Source: an uncultured delta proteobacterium (GTDB taxonomy: Bacteria > Desulfobacterota > RBG-13-43-22). Taken from it: a stretch of 64,000 nt of DNA. The first letter of the stretch is position 1; each line of letters starts with the position of its first letter. The notes beneath the pieces were generated by a model. It searched no databases and was not told where the DNA came from. It saw only the letters and a program-made list of their open reading frames with translations. The position numbers and the translations under genes are program-made. The DNA is taken from assembly GCA_963790475.1 (NCBI GenBank), contig CAWBOS010000012.1:256001-320000 (forward strand), in the 5' to 3' direction. Shown here piece after piece: positions 51,962 to 61,920 of the stretch.

Positions 51962-53077
51962 ATGGACTTTAGACTTTCTGAAGAACAACAGCTATTCAAA
52001 ACATCGGTTAATAATTTTCTTTCCAAGAATTACCAGACCGATGTACTTCGAAAAATGTTAAAAGGAGAGATGGAATTTCCATCCGAGCTATGGGAAAAAA
52101 TATCGGAACTGGGATGGCTGGGCGTGGCCATTCCGGAGGATTATAGGGGAAGCGGGATGGGATTTCAAGAGCTGGTCATCCTTTTTGAGGAAATGGGAAG
52201 CGCCTGCCTGATCAGTCCCGTCCTTTCGACGGTGCTTTCTTCTTTGATCATTCTTGATGCCGGAAACAAGAAACAAAAAGAGGATTTTTTACCTAAGCTG
52301 GCGGCAGGGGAACTCGTCTTTGCCCTGGCCCTGCATGAACCGGGTTTTTATTATCAGGAAGGTGGAATTAATCTTAAGGCCTCCAAGGTCAATGACGACT
52401 TTGTCCTCGACGGCATAAAGGCCCCTGTTCCGAGTGGAGGAATAGCGGATTATTTTATCTGTCTGGCCAATACCGGCGACCGGAAGACCACACTTTTTAT
52501 CTTGAAAGCCGATACGCCCGGTATCACCTTGTCCCCTCTTAAGACCATGGCCGGCGACAGCCAAGCCGAGGTCCGTTTTGATCAGGTGACGGTTTCCCTT
52601 GAAAATATTTTAGGAGAGGCGAACCGGGGCTGGGCCTATGTGGAAAAAATAATATCAAAAGCAGCGCTTTTAAAAAGTGCCGAGATGCTGGGCGGGTCAC
52701 GAAAAACCCTGGAGATGTGTGTGGAGTATATGAAAGTGCGGGAACAGTTCGGGCAGACCCTGAGCAATTTCCAGGCGGTTCAGCACAAATGTGCGGAGAT
52801 GCTTACCTATGTCGAACTTTCAAAGGATATTGTTTACAAGCCGGCCTGGATGATCGATCGGGGGATGGCCTGCGACCTGGATATCGCCATGGCCAAGGCC
52901 TGGACCAGCGATGCCTATCGGAGGGTGGTCCAAACTTCTTTTCAGTTGTTCGGGGCCATCGCTTTTTGCGAAGAACATGACATGCACTTGTACTTACGCC
53001 AGGCCAAAGCGAGCGAAGTGAGTTTTGGGGATTCTACCTTTCAGCGCGATGTGATTGCTGACCATTTGTTTGCCTGA
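51962..53077 (+). CDS. Acyl-CoA dehydrogenase (beta-type subunit)
   Basis: REQFGQTLSNFQAVQHKCA, QLFGAIAF..EHD. Confidence 0.92.
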   Translation: MDFRLSEEQQLFKTSVNNFLSKNYQTDVLRKMLKGEMEFPSELWEKISELGWLGVAIPEDYRGSGMGFQELVILFEEMGSACLISPVLSTVLSSLIILDAGNKKQKEDFLPKLAAGELVFALALHEPGFYYQEGGINLKASKVNDDFVLDGIKAPVPSGGIADYFICLANTGDRKTTLFILKADTPGITLSPLKTMAGDSQAEVRFDQVTVSLENILGEANRGWAYVEKIISKAALLKSAEMLGGSRKTLEMCVEYMKVREQFGQTLSNFQAVQHKCAEMLTYVELSKDIVYKPAWMIDRGMACDLDIAMAKAWTSDAYRRVVQTSFQLFGAIAFCEEHDMHLYLRQAKASEVSFGDSTFQRDVIADHLFA

Positions 53078-53135
53078 CCATCGTTCTCCTGCCCCGGGTG
53101 TATAATTATCGTGTCGATTCAGCTTCTTAAAACTG

Positions 53136-53298
53136 TTATCACCGCAGAGATACGGAGTTCACAGAGAAGAAAATTTAACAATAGCCGTTGAGAGGCCGGC
53201 ATCGGCCGAAGGCCAGAACCGGTTAGAACAATCCCGCCTCGCATGGGATTGTTCTAAAAAAATTCTCTCTGCGCTCTTGGCGCCTCAGCGGTGAATAA
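53136..53298. repeat. CACCGCA-family inverted repeat element
   Basis: TCACCGCAGAG / CTCAGCGGTGA ends; internal AGAACAATCCC..GGGATTGTTCT shared with the copy at 62200. Confidence 0.75.
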
Positions 53299-53351
53299 TA
53301 GCTCTTTTTAAGCACCTGAAATCGAGTTTCAATTATATAAAAGGAGATATC

Positions 53352-54107
53352 ATGGAACGATTCAAGGATAAAGTGGCCGTGGTGACCGGGGGAGCCCAGG
53401 GCATAGGCGAGGCAATAGCCAAAAGGCTGGCCGCTGAAGGCGCTGCCATCGGCATCTTTGATATTCAGTCCGGAAAGGCCCAGGAAGTGGTAGACGATAT
53501 CGCCTCTCGGGGAGGAAAGTCCGCAGCTTTTACAGCGGACATCACGATTGCCAAAGATGTTCGGCAGGCGGTTGCCGGCGCGGAAAATAGATTTGGGAAA
53601 ATAGACATCCTGATAAATAACGCCGGTTGGAGCAAGTTGGTGCCGTTTCTGGATATTAACGACGAGCTGTGTGACCAACTGATAGCCGTCAACCTCAAAG
53701 GGCTCATAACCATCACCAAAGCGGTGGTCGGCGGTATGATAAAGAGGAACTATGGGCGGATTGTCAACATTGCTTCGGATGCGGGCCGAGTCGGGGCCAC
53801 GAAGGAATCTGTATATTCAGCCTGTAAGGGCGGCGTGATCGCTATCACCAAAACGCTGGCCCAGGAATTGGCCAGATATAATATCCTGGTAAATTGTGTG
53901 GCGCCGGGAGTTATCCAGACTCCTTTGCTGGCCAGTACGACTGAACCCAATTTGAAACGTTCCGAGGCTTTCATGAAGCGGATACCGCTGCGGCGAAAGG
54001 GGAAGCCTGAAGAAATAGCGGCGGCTGTAGCTTTCCTGACCTCAGAGGACGCTGACTATATTACCGGCCAAACCCTGAGCGTGAGCGGAGGGCTAACTAT
54101 GATATAG
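53352..54107 (+). CDS. SDR family oxidoreductase (FabG/BadH-like)
   Basis: TGGAQGIG, NNAG, ASDAGRVG, YSACK. Confidence 0.93.
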   Translation: MERFKDKVAVVTGGAQGIGEAIAKRLAAEGAAIGIFDIQSGKAQEVVDDIASRGGKSAAFTADITIAKDVRQAVAGAENRFGKIDILINNAGWSKLVPFLDINDELCDQLIAVNLKGLITITKAVVGGMIKRNYGRIVNIASDAGRVGATKESVYSACKGGVIAITKTLAQELARYNILVNCVAPGVIQTPLLASTTEPNLKRSEAFMKRIPLRRKGKPEEIAAAVAFLTSEDADYITGQTLSVSGGLTMI

Positions 54108-54256
54108 GGCCGTTGAATTGCCGGACATTTCACTACTTTTTACAAATTCATCATTTTACCTTGCTCTCTTTTTTATTGATAAAGAAATGATTAAATAGAT
54201 TTGAACGGGACCTTTGATAAAAAAACCATAAATCATTAGAGAAGGGAACCAAAGCC

Positions 54257-55063
54257 ATGACCGATTACAGTCGCTACGAATTCATTAAGGTTGAAAAAGA
54301 AGGGAAGTTGGCCACCTTAACCCTAAACCGTCCGGAGTCGCTCAACGCCATCCACCCTCAGTTGCACCGGGAGATCGAGAATATCTGGATGGATGTGGCC
54401 CGTGATGAGGCGGTTAATGCTGTTATTCTTACCGGTGCCGGAAAAGCCTTTAGCGCCGGTGGGGATGTAAAAGGTATGGACTCAAGAAATGATCCAGACG
54501 CAGCGAGACGTTATTCCCTTATGACCGTAGCCAACGCTCGCCGGTTGATTCAGAATATGTTGATGGTCGAACAACCGATTATCGGGGCCATTAACGGGGA
54601 TGCCGTGGGACTTGGGGCCACCATCGCCCTCTTTTGCGACGTGGTCATCGCCGCGGAAAAGGCCCGCTTCGGGGACCCCCATGTAAAAGTCGGCATTGTG
54701 GCCGGGGATGGAGGGGCGATCATTTGGCCGGCGTTGATCGGTGTTTCCCGGGCCAAGGAGTTTCTGATGACCGGAAAGCTCATCAATGCCGTTGAGGCAG
54801 AACGGCTGGGCCTGGTCAACCATGCCGTCCCTTCAGATGAAGTCCTGCCAAAGGCCCGTGAGCTGGCCGGGGAATTAGCCGAGGGGCCCACCTGGGCCAT
54901 ACGCTACACCAAGGTGGCGGTCAACAAATGGTTGAGTCATCAGGTGAATTTGATTCTTGATGCGTCTCTCGGCCTGGAAATGCTTACCTTCGGAACGACC
55001 GATCATAAAGAGGCCACCCGCGCCTGGATGGAGAAGAGGAAACCCCAATTTAAAGGATTCTAA
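54257..55063 (+). CDS. Enoyl-CoA hydratase/isomerase
   Basis: LNRPESLNA, FSAGGD, DPHVKVGIVAGDGG. Confidence 0.92.
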   Translation: MTDYSRYEFIKVEKEGKLATLTLNRPESLNAIHPQLHREIENIWMDVARDEAVNAVILTGAGKAFSAGGDVKGMDSRNDPDAARRYSLMTVANARRLIQNMLMVEQPIIGAINGDAVGLGATIALFCDVVIAAEKARFGDPHVKVGIVAGDGGAIIWPALIGVSRAKEFLMTGKLINAVEAERLGLVNHAVPSDEVLPKARELAGELAEGPTWAIRYTKVAVNKWLSHQVNLILDASLGLEMLTFGTTDHKEATRAWMEKRKPQFKGF

Positions 55064-55153
55064 ACGCGGTTCTCCCTCAGTTTGATCGTCTTATGTTCGA
55101 GGAAGGGAGGTTGCTTTCTATATTATCAAAAGGTTTCTATGGAGGTAAAAGAA

Positions 55154-55582
55154 ATGAAAGTTGAAAAGATAGATCATGTTCATATCTTTGTAAAGAATCT
55201 GGATAAAGCCCTAAAGTTTTTCGAAGAGGCGCTGGGCACAAGATTCGCCGGACCCCGTAATTCCAAAAATCTGGATGCCAGGACCACACTTGACCCCATC
55301 GGACTGGAAATTATTGAAGGTGTCTCCCCGGACGGTCCGGTCAACAAGACCATCGAGCGAAGGGGGGAGGGCCTGGCCGCCATCTCCCTGAAAGTTCCTG
55401 ACATTGAGGAGGCCATCGCCCACCTGGAATCACTTGGTGTCAGGCTTGTGCGACGCATAGAAACCGGCAAGATAAAAGAGGCTCAATTCCATCCCAAGGA
55501 TACATTCGGGGTAATGATTGAGCTTTGCGAATATGAACTTGAGCACGGGGCGCATATAGCCAGCAGCTTTGGGCGGAAATGA
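55154..55582 (+). CDS. VOC family protein (methylmalonyl-CoA epimerase-like)
   Basis: IDHVHIFV, LEIIE, RRGEGL, HPKDTFGVMIELCE. Confidence 0.88.
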   Translation: MKVEKIDHVHIFVKNLDKALKFFEEALGTRFAGPRNSKNLDARTTLDPIGLEIIEGVSPDGPVNKTIERRGEGLAAISLKVPDIEEAIAHLESLGVRLVRRIETGKIKEAQFHPKDTFGVMIELCEYELEHGAHIASSFGRK

Positions 55583-55608
55583 AGGCAGTGTTTTCTCCTA
55601 AATTAACC

Positions 55609-55707
55609 ATCGCCACCGTCGCCCATTTTCTGGCCTCGGAGGCTTCATCCTATATGACCGGAGAGGCCATCCTGGTGGATGGCGGCGTTTTATTGTCGCG
55701 CCCGTAA
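55609..55707 (+). pseudogene. C-terminal remnant of an SDR gene
   Basis: Reads IATVAHFLASEASSYMTGEAILVDGG...stop with no N-terminal part. Confidence 0.75.
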
Positions 55708-55975
55708 ACCCCTGCCTTTCCGGTCCGTTGGACGATGAGGGTGAAGAATCCGCCTCCCCGGCCCAGGTCGGCCAAGGTCTTGGCTTCCCGGATGTCATGA
55801 ATAAAAGAAATTCTCTGCTTAAATTTGTCTTCCGAGGGCTTCGAATCTTTATGATACCTCCTGGTATCGAAAATCATCATGCGATCTGAAAGTTTGAGCT
55901 GAATTTTGGCTGAGGTTTCGTATCCTTCTACTATTGAGGCGGTAATGGTGATGACCACCCCCCAAAGGCTTATCG

Positions 55976-56370
55976 CTACACCTTTCTATGAACCAATTCA
56001 ATGCTCACTCCATCCGGGGCTTCGATAAAAGCGATACGCGCCGCGGGACCAAAATCCATGGGATCGACCGTAAACTTAACCCCGTTTTTCTTGAGGTCCC
56101 CGCAAAACTCGTCGAAATCACAATCCACCCGGAACCCGAAATGATCCGTTCCCCACTCTATTCCGGTTTTCCCCTTAACCTGTTCTCCCGGCCTCTGGCC
56201 GCGAATAATAATGGTGGCCCTTTGAAGGAGACAACAATTGAAGGCGCACCGCGGACTTCAGAGCTGTTGACCACCCTTCCTCCCAGTTTTTCCTCGTACC
56301 AGGCTGCTGAAGATTTAGGGTCTTTGCTGACCAGGTGAACGTGATCGAATACCATGTTTGGGTTACTCAT
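55976..56370 (-). pseudogene. VOC/glyoxalase family protein, frameshifted near 56219
   Basis: FDHVHL..WY; one extra G continues as GTDHFGFRVD..IAFIEAPDGVSIELV. Confidence 0.82.
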
Positions 56371-56473
56371 AATAGTCTTCCTTTCTCAGAATAATGTTGA
56401 AATGGGATCACCTATAAAATGGCATTGTTAAGAGAAAAAAGATCTCCAAAGTAAAGAGGGGTACCGATTCTAT

Positions 56474-56698
56474 TCAGGTGGCCCTTTCAAGGCGCTCGGC
56501 TACCCAGACCTTGATGATGGACTGCCGAGGAACACCTAATCGTTTTGCTTCTTTATCCAACAGCTGAATCATCCATAAAGGAAAATCTACGTTTACCCTC
56601 TTCTGTTCCCGTCCAAGTTTTTTAGACTTTGAGAGATCAAGATTTTTAGAGATGTCTTTCCCTTCATCAAATTGTTTGTCGAATTCTTTAGCTTTCAT
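56474..56698 (-). CDS. brnA: BrnA/CopG-type antitoxin
   Basis: MKAKEFDKQFDEG..KRVNVDFP..LGVPRQSIIKVW. Confidence 0.88.
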   Translation of the reverse strand: MKAKEFDKQFDEGKDISKNLDLSKSKKLGREQKRVNVDFPLWMIQLLDKEAKRLGVPRQSIIKVWVAERLERAT

Positions 56699-56948
56699 AA
56701 ATTTCAACCTCTTCTTTTCGGGAACGGCGAACTGAAATAATTCTCTGGTTATTATTTCGGTAAGTAATTACACCTGACCAATGTTTTCCAGCAATCTTTC
56801 CGATAACCAGATATCTGGGTTCATCAATGATCTTGACCGGAATCTCAATAATCTCAGGATCATCCCATAAAGCCTGGGCCTCATAGAAATCAATGCCATG
56901 TTTTTTCTTATTCCTCAGACTTTTTCCGGGATCGAACTCAAAATCCAT
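56688..56948 (-). CDS. brnT: BrnT toxin
   Basis: FEFDPGKS..NKKKHGIDF..RIISVRRSR..E. Confidence 0.92.
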   Translation of the reverse strand: MDFEFDPGKSLRNKKKHGIDFYEAQALWDDPEIIEIPVKIIDEPRYLVIGKIAGKHWSGVITYRNNNQRIISVRRSRKEEVEIYES

Positions 56949-57144
56949 AGTATAATTATTATACCTTTTATGTATAAAAAGTCAATAGGGTATAATCATA
57001 ACAGGAGATGTAGTTTTATGTCGAATAACCAGGGCGAAGGTTGAATGGGAGGCAGGTATCAGCAATAATGTATTTAGCAGATCTTTTTCTCTTCAAAACA
57101 AGCGGCAACGTTCAAAGGCGAGGGGGGATCATCTTTTCAACTCC

Positions 57145-57915
57145 TTAACGCAAACTGCGGATAAAGTCTCCCACCGCTCCGCTCCCCTGTTGCTCCACGA
57201 TCCGGATCGTCTGGGAACCGATGACGGCGATGTCCGCCTTCCCTTTTATAAAATCGATGTCCCCTTTTTCTTTGATCCCAAAACCCAGGGCCAAAGGAAG
57301 AGAGGTGGCCTGTCGGCATCGGGCCAGATAGCCGGCCAGGTCTGAAGAAAATTGCGTATCGGCGCCGGTGACCCCTTTTCGGCTCAGGCAATAGATAAAT
57401 CCCTGACCCAGGGAAGCGATAAATTGCATCCGGTCGTCGGGCGTGGTGGGGGAAAAGAAAAGGATCGGGGAAAGGGTGAGTTTTTTCATCACCTCGAGAT
57501 ACTCCTGCCCTTCTTCCGGCGGAAGATCGGGGACAATGGCGCCCTGCAGATTCCTTTGCTTTAAGGTTTGGGCGAATCGTTCCACCCCGTATTTGAAAAG
57601 GATATTGTAATAGCTCATGATGAAAAAAGGGATATCAAATGTCCCGGTCACCTTTTGGGCAAAATCAAGACAGGCTTTTACGGTTACTCCATTCTCCAGG
57701 GCCTTCTGATTGGCCTGAAGGATCACCGGCCCGTCAGCCATAGGTTCGGAAAAAGGGATCTGGAGTTCCATAAGATCCACCCCGGCCTCGACCATGGCCT
57801 CGATAACCTGAAAACAGGTCTCCCAGGATGGATACCCGAGCACGATATGGGTCATAAGCAGGATATCTTTTTCGGCCATTCTTTTTTTGAGATAAGCATC
57901 AAAGGGTATATTCAT
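57145..57915 (-). CDS. trpA: Tryptophan synthase alpha chain
   Basis: ELQIPFSEPMADGPVI, VPDLPPEE, GVTG, GFGI. Confidence 0.96.
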   Translation of the reverse strand: MNIPFDAYLKKRMAEKDILLMTHIVLGYPSWETCFQVIEAMVEAGVDLMELQIPFSEPMADGPVILQANQKALENGVTVKACLDFAQKVTGTFDIPFFIMSYYNILFKYGVERFAQTLKQRNLQGAIVPDLPPEEGQEYLEVMKKLTLSPILFFSPTTPDDRMQFIASLGQGFIYCLSRKGVTGADTQFSSDLAGYLARCRQATSLPLALGFGIKEKGDIDFIKGKADIAVIGSQTIRIVEQQGSGAVGDFIRSLR

Positions 57916-59125
57916 GGGCTTTCTCCCGGATAAATTCTTTCCAGCTCGGGTCGTCAAAGGCATCGGCAATGGTGAAGATGTCCTTGTCTCCCCGCCCCGA
58001 TTGGTTGATGATGATACTCTCGTCTCGGGGTAATCGGCCGGCTTCCTTAAAGGCCTGGACAAAGCCGTGGGCCGACTCCAGGGCCGGGATCAATCCTTCT
58101 TTCTTCAGGGTAAGGGATAAGGCATCGATGACTTCCTGATCGGTGGCCGCTTCCACCCGAATCCTGCCCTGCTCTTTAAGGGAGGATAAAATGGGAGAGA
58201 CCCCGACATAATCCAGCCCGGCGGCCACGCTGTGGGTCTCTTTCATCTGCCCGTCACTATCCTGCAGGAAATAGCTTTTATAACCCTGGGCTACGCCGAT
58301 AGAGCCGTCCTTGGAGGCCAGCCTCGATGCATGACGGCCGCTGGTGAGTCCCTTCCCTCCGGCCTCCACACCGACCAGTTCCACAGGATCATTCAGGAAG
58401 GCATTAAAAATGCCCAAGGCGTTGGAGCCGCCCCCGACACAGGCATAAATCCGCTGGGGCAGTTTACCTTCCCTATCCAAAATCTGTTTCCGGGCTTCCT
58501 GGCCGATGATGGACTGAAAATAGGAGACCATTTCCGGAAAAGGGTGAGGGCCGCAGGCCGTGCCCAAAACATAATGGGTATCATCCATGTGGGTGATCCA
58601 ATCCCGGAAGGCCTCATTGATGGCATCTTTAAGTATGGCTGTCCCGTCTTTGACCGGAACGACTTCGGCGCCCAGGCGCTGCATCCAGAAGACATTGGGC
58701 CGTTGCCTTTTGACATCCACTTCTCCCATATAAATGGTACAACGAAAACCGAATTTGGCGGCCATGGTGGCCGTGGCTACGCCGTGCTGACCGGCCCCGG
58801 TTTCGGCAATGACCCGGGTCTTTTTCATCCGTTTCACCAGGAGCCCCTGACCCATGACGTTGTTGGCCTTGTGGGCCCCGGTGTGGTTCAGATCTTCTCT
58901 TTTAATGTAAATGCGAGCCCCTCCGAAATGGTTGGTCAGATTTTCGGCAAAGGTCAAAGGCGTAGGCCGGCAGGAATAGGTGGACATGATCTCCACATAT
59001 TCTTTCCAAAAGGCTGGATCGCCTTTGGCTTTTTCGAAGGCCTCCACCAGTTCATCAAAAGTGGCTACCAGGATTTCGGGAATAAAGGCTCCACCGAACT
59101 CCCCATAATAACCGCGGTTTTTCAT
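57899..59125 (-). CDS. trpB: Tryptophan synthase beta chain
   Basis: KREDLNHTGAHKANN, AETGAGQHG, CVGGGSN, SGRGDKD. Confidence 0.98.
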   Translation of the reverse strand: MKNRGYYGEFGGAFIPEILVATFDELVEAFEKAKGDPAFWKEYVEIMSTYSCRPTPLTFAENLTNHFGGARIYIKREDLNHTGAHKANNVMGQGLLVKRMKKTRVIAETGAGQHGVATATMAAKFGFRCTIYMGEVDVKRQRPNVFWMQRLGAEVVPVKDGTAILKDAINEAFRDWITHMDDTHYVLGTACGPHPFPEMVSYFQSIIGQEARKQILDREGKLPQRIYACVGGGSNALGIFNAFLNDPVELVGVEAGGKGLTSGRHASRLASKDGSIGVAQGYKSYFLQDSDGQMKETHSVAAGLDYVGVSPILSSLKEQGRIRVEAATDQEVIDALSLTLKKEGLIPALESAHGFVQAFKEAGRLPRDESIIINQSGRGDKDIFTIADAFDDPSWKEFIREKAHEYTL

Positions 59126-59229
59126 CGTTGTTCGCTCCTTGAGATTAAGTTTCGAAGGCTGAAGACTGAAGGCAGAAGGAGAAATTTCAGAATCCAAATC
59201 TTCACAACTTCGTGCAAATCACAGAGATA

Positions 59230-59315
59230 GTCACCCCGGCGAAAGCCGGTCTCGCCAAAGGCGGGATGGATTCCGGCTGGAGTCTATCCCGCGCTTGATG
59301 CGGGACCGGAATGAC
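59230..59315. repeat. REP-like double hairpin
   Basis: Right half GGATTCCGGCTGGAGTCTATCCCGC..GCGGGACCGGAATGAC is the reverse complement of 15958-16005. Confidence 0.8.
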
Positions 59316-59337
59316 GTAAAAAAGGATCGCCGACCTT

Positions 59338-59994
59338 TTACGATTCTGTCATTCTACTTTCATTCTGGCTTCTGGATTCTGTCTTCTTAATTTTTTCCAT
59401 CAACTGCTTCATCAATATGGGATCCTTCTTTCCCGGCCGGTTCTCAACCCCGCTGTTTACATCCACGGCGTAAGGATCGACTGTTCTGATAGCCTCTTGA
59501 ATATTTTCAGGCCCCAATCCCCCGGCTAGGATAACAGGGATTCCTGCTTCCTTGGCCTTAAGGGCCAGAGGCCAGTCAAAGGTCTGGCCCGTACCTCCGG
59601 ATTTCCCCTGCTGAAAGGTATCCAGAAGTACGGCCCTTACGATTCCCTGGTATCTGTTAATATTTTTTATGTCTCTTTCGTCCTGAATACGAAAGGCCTT
59701 GATAGCCTGAGGCATCAAGTCTCGACACATTCCCGGTGATTCCTCCCCGTGCAATTGAATAAGGTCAAGGCCGCAAAAGGATCTAATCTCCTTGATCCTG
59801 GACGGCTCTTCATTGACGAAGACCCCCACGGTCTTAACCAAAGGCGGCAGAGAATGAATAATTGTCCTGGCATCTATCGGCTTTATCCGTCTGGGACTTT
59901 CGGCGAAAATAAATCCAAGGGCGTCAGCTCCCATTCCTATAGCCAGCAGCGCATCTTCCAAATTCGTTATGCCGCAAATTTTTACTCTGGTCAT
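59338..59994 (-). CDS. trpF: Phosphoribosylanthranilate isomerase
   Basis: VKICGIT, QLHGEE, GGTGQTFDW, LAGGL, DVNSGVE. Confidence 0.97.
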   Translation of the reverse strand: MTRVKICGITNLEDALLAIGMGADALGFIFAESPRRIKPIDARTIIHSLPPLVKTVGVFVNEEPSRIKEIRSFCGLDLIQLHGEESPGMCRDLMPQAIKAFRIQDERDIKNINRYQGIVRAVLLDTFQQGKSGGTGQTFDWPLALKAKEAGIPVILAGGLGPENIQEAIRTVDPYAVDVNSGVENRPGKKDPILMKQLMEKIKKTESRSQNESRMTES

Positions 59995-60066
59995 CTCCCA
60001 TTCCCCTTAAACAGGAACATCTTAGGCGCTTAGTGAATCAACATCGACAAAGTTTTGTCGATAATA

Positions 60067-61725
60067 TTATGCTGCCATTTTATAAATTTCAAAAATTTGT
60101 TGCATCTCATGTTGGATATTTTTGTAATGAATATCGATAGTAGAGAAGTTTCCAGGTTTTGGTCCGGGATGATGCTTTTCAGCGCCAGCGAGCAGAGGAA
60201 TCAATATTTTTTCCCGCAGAACAAGGACAGCCGTCATCGAACGCAAGCCCACCGGGGTGGCCATATAACAGCGCGAATGGCCGATCATTTGAACCAGATC
60301 TTTACCTCTAAACTTTTTCAAGTCATAAGAAGCCTGCCGAGCCTGATACCGGCTCTGCGGGATTCTGAGAATTTCCCGGACTTTTTCTGCCAGATTCGCA
60401 GCCGTAAATCCACGGGGATGGATAGAAAGAGCAATAACAGCTTCCATGACCGCCCGGATACGAGGCCGATTGATATCGACCCCTCCCACGGAGGTGGCTC
60501 CAACCTTAGAGGGCAGAGGCCACTTCTCCAAGGTACCGTTATCAATAAAAGAAACATCGACCCCGTTCAGAACGGTGAGGAATCTTTCCAGGACTTCTTT
60601 AAGGGATTCGCAGATCTGTGGGAAACGATCGATCCGTTTTCCGCAACGCAACTGACTCGTATTGTGAATAATAACCTCGGTTCGGAGAACCCTTTCGCCT
60701 TTGCTATACATCTTGACCGTCATTTTTCCAAAATGGATTTTGAAGATCGTCAGATCATAGACAGGTCTCTCGACCGTGATCTCGAATCGAGGCAACGGTT
60801 TCTTGCCGTGATGACTGAATGGCCGGTGTCGATAGCCAAAAATAGTTCGAACCGTCTTGAGATTCAAAGGGGCTCTGGTTCGATCGATCAAGCCCTGGAA
60901 CACCTGATCCAAAGTTCGGCCTCGGTTAAAAAGCAGATTGCGGCTATACTCCATCTGATAAACAGAATAACTGTAATGGAAGCCACTGGCTTTCTGCTCC
61001 GAAAGATCCAAGGCAAAACAAAGACAGGCCGAATAAATCCATTGATCGCAGGTCCGAACCAGACGCCCTACAGAGCACGAGGCCCTCATGGTATCCGCGA
61101 TGTGGTCCAGACCTGCGCTATCGGTCACTGCCGTAAAGCAGTTACCTTCTTTAGTAAAGACAAGCCCTTGTTTCATGGCCTGACGGGATAGATATTCATG
61201 TCCGTTCAGGATGATCTGGGCATTAAAAGGAGGATGGGGACAGAGTTTGATGGTCAGATGTCCCCATTCCGGATCCATTATGTGGAACGAATAATGGTTG
61301 ACATAGGGGTAAGGGGTCTTGGTGGAAATGTTACTGATCCCCCCGCTTTTAGATCGCTGAATGTGGAAAAGGGGTGCCGGAGCAATCCCGGCCAGAATAC
61401 AAAATACACCCCGAAAGTTCGGATCCCCGGGAATATATTGCTCGGCCACCTCGTGCTTTCGTTCACCGCGCTGGCAATGGATCAAGGGAATACCTTCTTT
61501 CTTAGCATAGGCATGAATCCGTCGGCTGAGTCGTCCGGCAAAACGCATCAGGTTGGTATCATTCAGATCGTTATCTGTTCCCTTCAAGGCCCGCCACCAG
61601 GTTCTAAATCCTCCAGGGGACTGGCCAAAAATGAAATAGGCATTGAGCACAATACGATCAATACAATCATAAATGCCGTCAAGGTAGTCTTGATATTGCT
61701 TGCAAAATTCATCTGCCATGATCAT
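60067..61725 (-). CDS. Putative transposase/replication-initiator-like protein with C-terminal winged helix
   Basis: 552 aa; KMYSKGERVLRTEV motif; GFTAANL..QASYDLKKFRGKDLV..Y winged-helix-like end; no recognisable DDE motifs. Confidence 0.7.
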   Translation of the reverse strand: MIMADEFCKQYQDYLDGIYDCIDRIVLNAYFIFGQSPGGFRTWWRALKGTDNDLNDTNLMRFAGRLSRRIHAYAKKEGIPLIHCQRGERKHEVAEQYIPGDPNFRGVFCILAGIAPAPLFHIQRSKSGGISNISTKTPYPYVNHYSFHIMDPEWGHLTIKLCPHPPFNAQIILNGHEYLSRQAMKQGLVFTKEGNCFTAVTDSAGLDHIADTMRASCSVGRLVRTCDQWIYSACLCFALDLSEQKASGFHYSYSVYQMEYSRNLLFNRGRTLDQVFQGLIDRTRAPLNLKTVRTIFGYRHRPFSHHGKKPLPRFEITVERPVYDLTIFKIHFGKMTVKMYSKGERVLRTEVIIHNTSQLRCGKRIDRFPQICESLKEVLERFLTVLNGVDVSFIDNGTLEKWPLPSKVGATSVGGVDINRPRIRAVMEAVIALSIHPRGFTAANLAEKVREILRIPQSRYQARQASYDLKKFRGKDLVQMIGHSRCYMATPVGLRSMTAVLVLREKILIPLLAGAEKHHPGPKPGNFSTIDIHYKNIQHEMQQIFEIYKMAA

Positions 61726-61891
61726 CGGTCTTTCCCTGGTCGATCTTTTGATATGGAGGGCTCCCCAGTCATTGCCGGGGCCCCTTCTCGGCGGCTGCGA
61801 GAATGGGCCCCTGAGCGGCTCGTCGGAGCAGCCGCCTCAATTAGAGGTTCTTTTACAGCTAATATCGGGGCTACCCCTTAAGGGAAAGACC

Positions 61892-61920
61892 AGATTAAAG
61901 ACTCCGGGCTTTTAAGTCAA
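61892..61920 (-). promoter_or_regulatory. Sigma70-like promoter of the inserted element
   Basis: TTGACT-N17-TAATCT on the minus strand. Confidence 0.6.

Noticed and set aside
55650-55958. 102 aa minus-strand ORF
   Set aside because: Overlaps the SDR remnant and has no family I can support; may be a gene fragment
60055-61881. Plus-strand ORFs of 378 and 227 aa in the inserted element
   Set aside because: Antisense to the 552 aa gene, with no recognisable domain or clear RBS
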